This document shows, piece by piece, positions 8,512-15,733 of a stretch of DNA of 32,000 nucleotides; positions within the stretch are counted from its first letter, which is position 1; every line of letters starts with the position of its first letter. The stretch is from an uncultured archaeon (GTDB taxonomy: Archaea > Iainarchaeota > Iainarchaeia > Iainarchaeales > 0-14-0-20-30-16): positions 2,010-34,009 of the forward strand of contig CAZMGA010000006.1 of NCBI GenBank assembly GCA_964565725.1, written 5' to 3'. The notes below the pieces were generated by a model. The model searched no databases. It had not been told where the DNA came from and saw nothing but the letters and a program-made list of their open reading frames with translations. The position numbers and the translations under genes were made by a program.

Positions 8512-9381
8512 ATGCTTATTCAAGTTTTTTTATCATATGTATTAACTGCAATTATAGCTATATTTTTGGCAACTATATTTAAAATAAGTAATATTCCTAA
8601 GGATACTTTTGCAGAACCTAATAGTTTTATTAATACTTTAATTATTTTTGGAATTATAATTATTGAAACTATTATTATAATAATTTTAATTAAAATATTT
8701 AAGAAAATAAATTTTTTAAAAATTATAGATATTTTAGCAACTTTTTTTTCATTATTTGGAATATTAAGTCTTTTTATAAATAATTTAATAATTATTTTAG
8801 TTTTAACTTTGGGCTTAGTATTATTAAAAGAATTTTGGAATAATATGTGGTATAAAAATATAATGATTTTTTTAGTTGTTGGTTTTTTTAGTGCATATTT
8901 GGGTTATAGTTTAGGATTATTTCCTATAATGTTATTATTATTTTTAATAGGTATTTATGATTTTATTGCTGTGTTTAAAACTAAACACATGGTTTTTTTA
9001 GCAAATAAAATAACTCAAACAAATAATACTTTATTTATTATGGATTTTGGGAAATCAATTTCTAAAGTAAATCAAAATATTAAATCAAATAATGATATCA
9101 AAGAAAATAAAAAAGAAAATATTGAAAATTTAAAAAAAGGAGACAGAGAACATTTATTTTTAGGTACTGGGGATTTTGCCTTACCATTAATTGCAGTAGT
9201 ATCAATGTATTTAATTAATCCTATTTTAGGGATAATTGGCTTTTTAGCAGTATTGTTTGGTTTAGAATTAACTATTTGGTTATTATTTAACAAAAAGCAT
9301 TTAGCTTTACCAGCTATTCCTTTGCAAGTAGTATCTCTTTTAATAATTTATGGGGTATATTTATTAATAAATTTATTTTAG
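8512..9381 (+). CDS. Presenilin/signal-peptide-peptidase-like intramembrane aspartyl protease (A22 family)
   Basis: Polytopic membrane protein with YD (GIYDFIAVF), GxGD (LGTGDFALP) and PAL-like (LPAIP) motifs in the canonical order. ATG 8512 is preferred because the listed start 8449 overlaps mcm. Confidence 0.75.
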   Translation: MLIQVFLSYVLTAIIAIFLATIFKISNIPKDTFAEPNSFINTLIIFGIIIIETIIIIILIKIFKKINFLKIIDILATFFSLFGILSLFINNLIIILVLTLGLVLLKEFWNNMWYKNIMIFLVVGFFSAYLGYSLGLFPIMLLLFLIGIYDFIAVFKTKHMVFLANKITQTNNTLFIMDFGKSISKVNQNIKSNNDIKENKKENIENLKKGDREHLFLGTGDFALPLIAVVSMYLINPILGIIGFLAVLFGLELTIWLLFNKKHLALPAIPLQVVSLLIIYGVYLLINLF

Positions 9382-9395
9382 GTTTAGTGAATTAT

Positions 9396-9971
9396 ATGAA
9401 ATTTAAAAATAAATTAATTGGAGAAAGAATTGTTTTGAAAAAATCAAAACCAAGTTTTGATTTAGCCGAAAAAATATTTTTAAGTATAGATAAAAATAGA
9501 GCTCACTTAAAAGAATGGTTTCCTTGGGAGAGTGAAACTAAAAAAATAGAAGATTCTATGAAATACTTATTTGAGACTGAAGAAAGAGAAAAAAAATTTG
9601 AAGAATTAGATTATGGAATTTATTTAGAAAATAAATTTATAGGAAAAATTAGTGCTTTTGATATTAATAAAAAGAATCAACGTTGTGAAATAGGTTATTG
9701 GCTTTCTAAAGATTTTATAAATAAAGGTTATATGACTGAAGCAGTAAAGGTTTTGGAGAAATATTTGTTTGAAGATGTGAAAATAAACAGGATTCAAATA
9801 AGATGTGATATTAGAAATATAGCTTCTGCAAGTGTTGCTAAGAAATGTAGCTATGTTTTTGAAGGCGAATTAAGAGAAGTAAAATATAATCTACTTAAGA
9901 GAGAATACATTTCAGAATATGTATTTTCTAAGTTAAAAAAGGAATATAAGCCAAAGAAATCTAGGAAATAA
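9396..9971 (+). CDS. GNAT N-acetyltransferase, RimJ/RimL-like
   Basis: Family-typical IGYWLSKDFINKGYMTEAVKVL...NRIQIRCDIRNIASASVAKKCSYVFEG. The start could instead be GTG 9387. Confidence 0.8.
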   Translation: MKFKNKLIGERIVLKKSKPSFDLAEKIFLSIDKNRAHLKEWFPWESETKKIEDSMKYLFETEEREKKFEELDYGIYLENKFIGKISAFDINKKNQRCEIGYWLSKDFINKGYMTEAVKVLEKYLFEDVKINRIQIRCDIRNIASASVAKKCSYVFEGELREVKYNLLKREYISEYVFSKLKKEYKPKKSRK

Positions 9972-10058
9972 GCTAACTTAAGGTTTATAAATATTTCTAT
10001 ATACTATATATTAATTACAATTAAGCCGTTGGAACTGCTTTTAGCAGGAGGTATCGTT

Positions 10059-10745
10059 TTGGTTATAGAAAAAAAAGAAAGTATAAAATTAGATGTAAGT
10101 GAAAAAAACATTGAAAAATACATTACTGCTTTAAAGGAAGCTAAGCCTAGAAAGTTTACTCAAACTGTAGAAGCTGGTATAAATTTAATGGGAATTAATT
10201 TTAAACAAACTGCCAATAAAATTGGTTTTGATATAGTTATTCCTCATCCATTTAGAAAAGCTCCAAAAGTAGCTTTATTTGCAAGTACTCCTAATTTTAG
10301 AGAAACTGTAAAAGGTGCTTTTGATAAAATATTTGATGGTGAAGAAATTCCTAATTTAAATAAAAAAACAGCAAAAAAAATAGCAAAAGAATATGATTTA
10401 TTTTTTGCAGAACCAACTGTATTACCTTTAGTAGGAAAATATTTGGGACAAACTTTTGCACCTAGAGGTAAAATGCCTAAACCTTGCCCTCCAACAGCTG
10501 ATGCTGTTAAAGCTATGGTAAGTAGTTATTCAAAAACAATAACTGTTTCTAATAAAAAAGGTAATTCATTACCAGTATTACATTTTCCAATAGGTAAAGA
10601 GGATATGCCAATTAAAGATTTAGCTGAAAACTTTTTAGCAATTTACAATAAATTATTAACTGTATTACCTGGAAATACTCAGAATTTGAAATCAATGTAC
10701 TTTAAAACTACTATGGGTCCAGTAAATTACATTTTTAAGAGGTAG
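10059..10745 (+). CDS. rpl1: 50S ribosomal protein L1 (uL1)
   Basis: RKFTQTVEAGINL ... FAPRGKMPKP ... FKTTMGPV match uL1. TTG 10059 is the likely start, with GGAGGT 6 nt upstream; the listed TTG 10029 would include the SD in the ORF. Confidence 0.85.
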   Translation: MVIEKKESIKLDVSEKNIEKYITALKEAKPRKFTQTVEAGINLMGINFKQTANKIGFDIVIPHPFRKAPKVALFASTPNFRETVKGAFDKIFDGEEIPNLNKKTAKKIAKEYDLFFAEPTVLPLVGKYLGQTFAPRGKMPKPCPPTADAVKAMVSSYSKTITVSNKKGNSLPVLHFPIGKEDMPIKDLAENFLAIYNKLLTVLPGNTQNLKSMYFKTTMGPVNYIFKR

Positions 10746-10752
10746 ATCGACA

Positions 10753-11616
10753 ATGGCAAAAAACGTAGAAATTAAAATGCATTATAAAAAATGGAGACAA
10801 AATGAAAGAGCCATTATTGAAGACAAATTAAAAGATTATCCTTACATAATAATTGTTAATTTAAAAACATTACCTGCAAAAGCTGAAAGAGAATTTAGAG
10901 CTCTTTTAGTAAATAATGGTTGTTTTGTTAAAGTAGCAAATTCAAATGTAATTAAACATGCTTTACATAATAATAAAATAACTAATTTAGATGATTATTT
11001 AAATGGTCCAACAATGTTAGCATTTAGTAAAGAAAATCCTTTTAAGATCTATAAGGAAATAAAAAAGAATGCAAGTGCTGCATTTGCAAAAGAAGGTATG
11101 ATTGCTCCTGATGATATTTACATCCCTGAAGGAGATACTGGTATTGCTCCTGGTCCTGCATTAACAGACTTCAAATTAGCAAAAATAGATACTCAAATAA
11201 GAGCTGGAAAAATATATGTATCTAAAAAAACTTTAGTTTGTAAAAAAGGAGACCCTGTAGATTCTAAAGCTGTTGTTTTATTAACTAAATTAAATATTAA
11301 ACCTATGAAAGTTATTTTAGATATAAGAAAAGTATTAGATAAAAAAGACAATATTTTATATTCTAAAGATAATATAGATATTAATTTAGAAGATGTAATG
11401 AATAAAATAAAGAATGCGTATCAAAATTCATTTTTCTTGGCATTAAGTCAAGAATATATTACAAAACAAACAATTAAACCTTTATTGATTAAAGGTTATA
11501 AAAACACAAAAGCAATTGCTTTATCTAAAAATATTTTAAACAAAAATACTGCTAAAGATATTTTAATTAAAGCTCATAAAATTGCAAATAATTTAAACAA
11601 AAAAACAAGTATTTAA
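10753..11616 (+). CDS. rplP0: Ribosomal stalk protein P0 (uL10), lacking the usual acidic/hydrophobic C-terminal tail
   Basis: 287 aa with typical P0 N-terminal and spine regions (GDTGIAPGPALTDFKL..., NAYQNSFFLAL..., DILIKAHKIANNL). Position between L1 and P1. Confidence 0.85.
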   Translation: MAKNVEIKMHYKKWRQNERAIIEDKLKDYPYIIIVNLKTLPAKAEREFRALLVNNGCFVKVANSNVIKHALHNNKITNLDDYLNGPTMLAFSKENPFKIYKEIKKNASAAFAKEGMIAPDDIYIPEGDTGIAPGPALTDFKLAKIDTQIRAGKIYVSKKTLVCKKGDPVDSKAVVLLTKLNIKPMKVILDIRKVLDKKDNILYSKDNIDINLEDVMNKIKNAYQNSFFLALSQEYITKQTIKPLLIKGYKNTKAIALSKNILNKNTAKDILIKAHKIANNLNKKTSI

Positions 11617-11628
11617 AGAGGTGGATTA

Positions 11629-11928
11629 ATGGAATATATATATGCTGCTATGTTATTAAATAGTGCTAAAAAAGAAATTACTGAAGAAAGTATTACTAAT
11701 ATTATAAAAGCTGCTGGTTTAACAGTTGATAATGCTAAAGTTAAATCTTTAGTAGAAGCTTTAAAAGATGTTAACTTTGAAGATGTAATAAAAGAAGCAT
11801 CAACAGTACAAGTTGCTGCTGCTCCAGTTGCTAGTGCTTCTGCTTCTGCAGTTAAAGAAGAAAAACCTGTAGAAGAAAAGAAAACTGAAGAAGAAGCTGC
11901 TGCTGGTTTAGGTAGTTTATTTGGTTAA
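11629..11928 (+). CDS. rpl12: Ribosomal stalk protein P1 (archaeal L12)
   Basis: 99 aa. MEYIYAAMLL N-terminus, Ala/Glu-rich hinge, conserved C-terminus EEAAAGLGSLFG. GAGGTGGA Shine-Dalgarno site. Confidence 0.9.
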   Translation: MEYIYAAMLLNSAKKEITEESITNIIKAAGLTVDNAKVKSLVEALKDVNFEDVIKEASTVQVAAAPVASASASAVKEEKPVEEKKTEEEAAAGLGSLFG

Positions 11929-11936
11929 ACAACCGT

Positions 11937-11957
11937 GGGGAATACATCCCCTTTTTT
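11937..11957 (+). terminator. GC hairpin plus T6 after the L1-P0-P1 operon
   Basis: GGGGA (11937-11941) / TCCCC (11947-11951) with loop ATACA, followed directly by tttttt (11952-11957). Confidence 0.5.
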
Positions 11958-12016
11958 CTATTTTTTAATTATGTTTTTAATAATATCTGATTTTTATTAT
12001 TTATGATTTATATGGT

Positions 12017-12418
12017 ATGCCTGGAGCAAAATTAGATTTTGGTGAAGAGATTTTACAAGGAGCAAAAAGAGAATTAAAAGAAGAAACTAATTTAGATGGT
12101 AAAGGAAAAATAATTGCAATAAATAATATTTTAACTTATGAAAAATCTATACCTTTAACACATTTTACTCAATTTGTTGTTTTATTTGATAATGTTTCAG
12201 GAAAACTAATTGAAGAAAATAGAGAAGGTAGTTATACTTTTGTGGATCAAAAAGAATTTGAAATTAAATATAAAGAAAATAGATTATTCCCAGATAATTT
12301 ATTAATATTTAATATTGTAGATAATTATTATAAAGAAAATAAATTAAAAATGTATGAATTAAAAATGTTCAAAGAAGGAAATAGATTTTTGAATATTGAC
12401 CATAAAGAAATTTGTTAA
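12017..12418 (+). CDS. Nudix-box protein, apparently N-terminally truncated
   Basis: The ORF begins at the Nudix box itself: PGAKLDFGEEILQGAKRELKEETNL (Gx5Ex7REUxEExGU). The strands that normally precede it are missing from the called ORF. Confidence 0.6.
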   Translation: MPGAKLDFGEEILQGAKRELKEETNLDGKGKIIAINNILTYEKSIPLTHFTQFVVLFDNVSGKLIEENREGSYTFVDQKEFEIKYKENRLFPDNLLIFNIVDNYYKENKLKMYELKMFKEGNRFLNIDHKEIC

Positions 12419-12780
12419 TTTATAATTTCAATATGCATACTTTTACAAGTTCCAATTAAATTGTTTATTTTAGTTTTATCATTTTTAAAAAAGTCTTTTA
12501 CTATTGTTTCTAAATCAGAATAGTTTATTTTATTATTTTTTGCAAATCTTTTTATTATTTCTGAAGTTTTATTTGTTAAATTAATAAAACTATAAGTTCT
12601 ATTTCCAACATCTATATTTAGATTTATTTTTGAATAAGGATCAATTTCTTTGTTATTTAATAATTTATTAATATCATAAACTAATAAATTAATGTCTATG
12701 CCATATTGTGCTACTAAAGGACCTATATCTGCACAATTTACTATTTCTTTTTTAATTGGAATTTCTAAAATTATATTCAT
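12415..12780 (-). CDS. Highly divergent, shortened ribosomal protein L11 (uL11)-like protein
   Basis: It occupies the canonical slot after secE-spt5. By eye, CADIGPLVAQYGIDINLLVYDINKLL aligns to L11 GPPLGPALGPLGVNxxxFxKEFNEKT. NLIGTCKSMHIEII aligns to the L11 C-terminal VLGTCxSMGVTVEG. Only 121 aa. Confidence 0.55.
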   Translation of the reverse strand: MNIILEIPIKKEIVNCADIGPLVAQYGIDINLLVYDINKLLNNKEIDPYSKINLNIDVGNRTYSFINLTNKTSEIIKRFAKNNKINYSDLETIVKDFFKNDKTKINNLIGTCKSMHIEIIN

Positions 12781-12815
12781 AAATACCAGTAAAAATAGAA
12801 AAATAAAGAATAAAA

Positions 12816-13250
12816 TTATTCTTTATATAATTTAACTGTTTCAGCTTTTATTGTAATTGGCATTTTAATAGTAGCATCTAAAATTTCAACAGTTACTTCT
12901 TCTTTTGTAGGATTATCTCTAATAATACGAGCTTTTTCTCCTTTCAAATAACCACTTTTTATTTCTACTATTGCACCTGGTTTTAATTTTTCCATTACAC
13001 TTTCTAAATGTAATAAAGATTCTAATTCTTTATCTGAAACATAGCCTATAGTCATAGAATTTTTCTTAATATAAGTTATATCTGCAATAGCTCTTTTTAA
13101 TGTATTATCATTGTTTGCTTCTACAATTAAATAATTTTTTATGTTTGGCAAACTAATAATAGAATAAATTGGTAGTTCCTTTGATTTATTTTTTAAAATC
13201 GCTGAAACTAATTCTATTTGTCCTGGGGCTACTTTTAAAGTAAATATCAT
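12816..13250 (-). CDS. spt5: Transcription elongation factor Spt5 (archaeal NusG)
   Basis: 144 aa from ATG 13250, with GGTGAT 4 nt upstream. NGN domain (MIFTLKVAPGQIELV...NYLIVEA) and KOW motif (GAIVEIKSGYLKGEKARII). The listed longer ORF start (13355) runs through secE in another frame. Confidence 0.85.
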   Translation of the reverse strand: MIFTLKVAPGQIELVSAILKNKSKELPIYSIISLPNIKNYLIVEANNDNTLKRAIADITYIKKNSMTIGYVSDKELESLLHLESVMEKLKPGAIVEIKSGYLKGEKARIIRDNPTKEEVTVEILDATIKMPITIKAETVKLYKE

Positions 13251-13258
13251 AAAATCAC

Positions 13259-13429
13259 CTATGGCATGTAAAATAAATATAATAGTAATGTAATTAAGAA
13301 ACCTATAAATCCAATTGCTAATATACCTATTCCTACTATTTTTGCTAAACCCCAATATTCTTTTGCTGTTGGTTTTTTAGCTACTAAAAATACTCTTTTA
13401 GCATTTGAAAAAAATGTTGATATATTCAT
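13259..13429 (-). CDS. secE: Preprotein translocase subunit SecE (Sec61 gamma)
   Basis: Not in the ORF track; manual translation gives 56 aa: MNISTFFSNAKRVFLVAKKPTAKEYWGLAKIVGIGILAIGFIGFLITLLLYLFYMP. It shows the typical KRVxxVAKKPTxxEY plus single TM pattern. A GTGAT Shine-Dalgarno site lies between the ftsZ stop and this ATG. Confidence 0.75.
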   Translation of the reverse strand: MNISTFFSNAKRVFLVAKKPTAKEYWGLAKIVGIGILAIGFIGFLITLLLYLFYMP

Positions 13430-13437
13430 CTAATCAC

Positions 13438-14562
13438 TTAACCCATATATTTTATATCTAAATCATTATCATCTAATTCATCTAATTCTCTTCTTCTTTT
13501 ATTTAATGGTTTTTTTTCTGGATCTAAGTATGGAAAATACCCTCCAACAATAACAACCATTGCTTTAATTTGTGTTTTTGGTAATTCTGGGTCTATCATA
13601 GCTCCAAAAATAATATGACTTTCAGGATCTATTTTAGATGCAACTGCTTCAACAACAGTTTGAGATTCTTTTAAGGACATTTCAGAACCACCTACAACAT
13701 TAATTAATGCTTTTGAAGATGTGCTTATATCTACATCTAATAATGGAGAACTTAATGCATCTTCAGCTGCTTGTAATGCTCTAGTTTCTGGTGTAGCGTT
13801 AGGATCTGATTCTCCTAAACCTATCATTGCTGGTCCACCATTTTTTAATATTGTTTTTAAATCTGCGAAATCTAAATTAATTAATCCTATTTTAGTAATC
13901 ATATCTATTATACCTTTAACAGCATTTGCTAATACTTCATCTGCAACTTTGAATGCTGCATCTAATGGTAAATCAGGTGCAATTTCTAAAATTTTATCAT
14001 TTGGGATAACTATTACTGTATCAACGCTTTTTCTTAATTTTGCTAAACCATCTAATGCGTTATCCATTCTTTTTTTACCTTCAACAGTGAATGGTAAAGT
14101 AATAACTGCTACAGTTAAACAATCCATTTCTTTTGCTATTTCTGCAACTACTGGTGCTGAACCCGTTCCTGTTCCTCCACCCATACCTGCTGTAATAAAT
14201 ACTAAATCTGAATTTTTAATTTCTTTTTCTATATCTGATTTTGATTCTCTAGCTGCATTTTCTCCCACATTAGGGTCGGAACCTGCACCTAAACCTCTAG
14301 TTAATTTTTTACCTAATAATATTCTTTTATCACAATCTAAATGTGCTAATGCTTGTGCATCTGTATTTAAACCTATTAATGTAGCACCACTAACACCTAA
14401 TTCTTTTATTCTTAAAATAGTGTTTCCACCACCACCACCCATACCAAATACGCTTATTTTTGGTTTGGAATTTTCTAAAACAGATAATAAATCTTTATCT
14501 GGTTCAACAATTACTTTTGGTTCATTTATGCCTTTTACTGCATTTTTTAAAAGTGATTTCAT
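13438..14562 (-). CDS. ftsZ: Cell division GTPase FtsZ
   Basis: 374 aa with GMGGGGGNT and the tubulin signature GGGTGTGSAPVVAEIAKE. GAGGTG Shine-Dalgarno site. Heads a ftsZ-secE-spt5-L11 run. Confidence 0.95.
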   Translation of the reverse strand: MKSLLKNAVKGINEPKVIVEPDKDLLSVLENSKPKISVFGMGGGGGNTILRIKELGVSGATLIGLNTDAQALAHLDCDKRILLGKKLTRGLGAGSDPNVGENAARESKSDIEKEIKNSDLVFITAGMGGGTGTGSAPVVAEIAKEMDCLTVAVITLPFTVEGKKRMDNALDGLAKLRKSVDTVIVIPNDKILEIAPDLPLDAAFKVADEVLANAVKGIIDMITKIGLINLDFADLKTILKNGGPAMIGLGESDPNATPETRALQAAEDALSSPLLDVDISTSSKALINVVGGSEMSLKESQTVVEAVASKIDPESHIIFGAMIDPELPKTQIKAMVVIVGGYFPYLDPEKKPLNKRRRELDELDDNDLDIKYMG

Positions 14563-14741
14563 TTACACACCTCACAGATTAATATAATATATATTATAAT
14601 ATAATAATAAGGAACATATTTAAATATATAGTTTATAAAAAGATCTTATTTTTTAATTTTAAATTTATAATAATAAAACAATAGAAATGTATATAAATGA
14701 ATTATTTAATATTTTAATTTATAATTTTTATTGAAAATTAT

Positions 14742-14759
14742 AGAAACCTATTTAAATGA
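14742..14759 (+). promoter_or_regulatory. BRE/TATA promoter, leaderless transcript for the 14778 gene
   Basis: agaaacc-tatttaaatg is centred about 25 nt upstream of ATG 14778, with no SD in between. The same GAAAC(C)TATTTAWA pattern recurs at 17861-17878 and, on the minus strand, at 28931-28947. Confidence 0.5.
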
Positions 14760-14777
14760 TAAATATATATTTGTTTC

Positions 14778-15725
14778 ATGAACCAAAAATATTTAAAAAA
14801 AACTTATAAAATTTTAAAAGACATAAAGAGTATAAAAATTCAAGGTGCTTCAAAAGTAGAGTTAGCAGTAAAAGAAGCATTTTTAGAAGAATTAAAAGAT
14901 TTTTCAGAAAATAAAGATTTTAATTATTTTTTTAAATTATCTAAAAAATTTTGGAATTGTAGACCTACAGAACCAGCTGTAAAAAATTTTTTAATTGTTT
15001 TTTTAGAATTTGCTAAAAAAAATATAAATTATAAAAATAAACTAATTAATTTTGTTGAAGATAGTATTAATAATCAAACAAAAGCAATAGATAAAATCAC
15101 AAAATTTGTAAATAAAGAAATTAAAGATGAAGTAATAGTTTTTACTCATTGTCATTCAAATATAGTTGAAAATTCTATTAAAGAATTAAATAAATATAAT
15201 AAAATAAAATTTGTAGTAAATACAGAAACAAGGCCATTATATCAAGGAAGAATTACTTCTAAAAATATTGCAAAATTAGGTATAAAAGTTTATCATGTAA
15301 TTGATTCTTCAGTTTATGCTTTAGCGAGTTATTTAATTTCTAAAAATGAAAAAATTGTTTTTTTAAGTGGTTCTGATGTAATTTCAAAAAATGGAGATTT
15401 GGTGAATAAAATAGGCACATCTCAAATTAGTCTTTGTTTGAATAATTTAGGAATAAAACATTATGTTTTAACTACAAGTTCTAAAGTTGCCCCTTATGGT
15501 ATAAATTATGACTCTTTAGATGATGTAGAAATAAGAAAGCCTAAAGAAATTTGGTTAGAAAGAAATAAAAAAATAGATGTTATTAATTATTGTTTTGATA
15601 TTACAAATAATAAATTAATATATAGAATAATTTCTGAAAAAGGTATATTTAAACCAAAAGAAATAGTAAAAATAAAACAATATTCTAAAAAAGAAAAAGA
15701 GTATTATGATTTATTAAAAGAATAG
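14778..15725 (+). CDS. eIF-2B alpha/beta/delta-like family protein, probable ribose-1,5-bisphosphate isomerase
   Basis: 315 aa. TETRPLYQGRITSKNIAKLGIKVYHVIDS and GSDVISKNGDLVNKIGTSQISL are IF-2B family signatures. The specific function is inferred from adjacency to AMP phosphorylase. Confidence 0.7.
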   Translation: MNQKYLKKTYKILKDIKSIKIQGASKVELAVKEAFLEELKDFSENKDFNYFFKLSKKFWNCRPTEPAVKNFLIVFLEFAKKNINYKNKLINFVEDSINNQTKAIDKITKFVNKEIKDEVIVFTHCHSNIVENSIKELNKYNKIKFVVNTETRPLYQGRITSKNIAKLGIKVYHVIDSSVYALASYLISKNEKIVFLSGSDVISKNGDLVNKIGTSQISLCLNNLGIKHYVLTTSSKVAPYGINYDSLDDVEIRKPKEIWLERNKKIDVINYCFDITNNKLIYRIISEKGIFKPKEIVKIKQYSKKEKEYYDLLKE

Positions 15726-15733
15726 GTGATGTT

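Noticed and set aside
10020-10058. Relatively GC-rich leader of the L1 operon (gccgttggaactgcttttagcaggagg) as an L1 autoregulatory mRNA site
   Set aside because: Only a weak 4-bp hairpin (CTGC/GCAG) is visible. I cannot reproduce the 23S-mimic motif from memory with confidence, so the claim is unsupported.
12816-13355. Listed 179 aa ORF with an N-terminal extension (MGFSKNSRNRYISNW...)
   Set aside because: The extension is the secE gene read out of frame. Spt5 homology begins at MIFTLKV (ATG 13250), which has its own GGTGAT site.
13721-14587. 288 aa ORF on the + strand
   Set aside because: It is entirely antisense to ftsZ, whose identity is unambiguous. The translation is low-complexity (S/A/P/I-rich) with no motif. 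It is a typical shadow ORF opposite a gene with few antisense stop codons.
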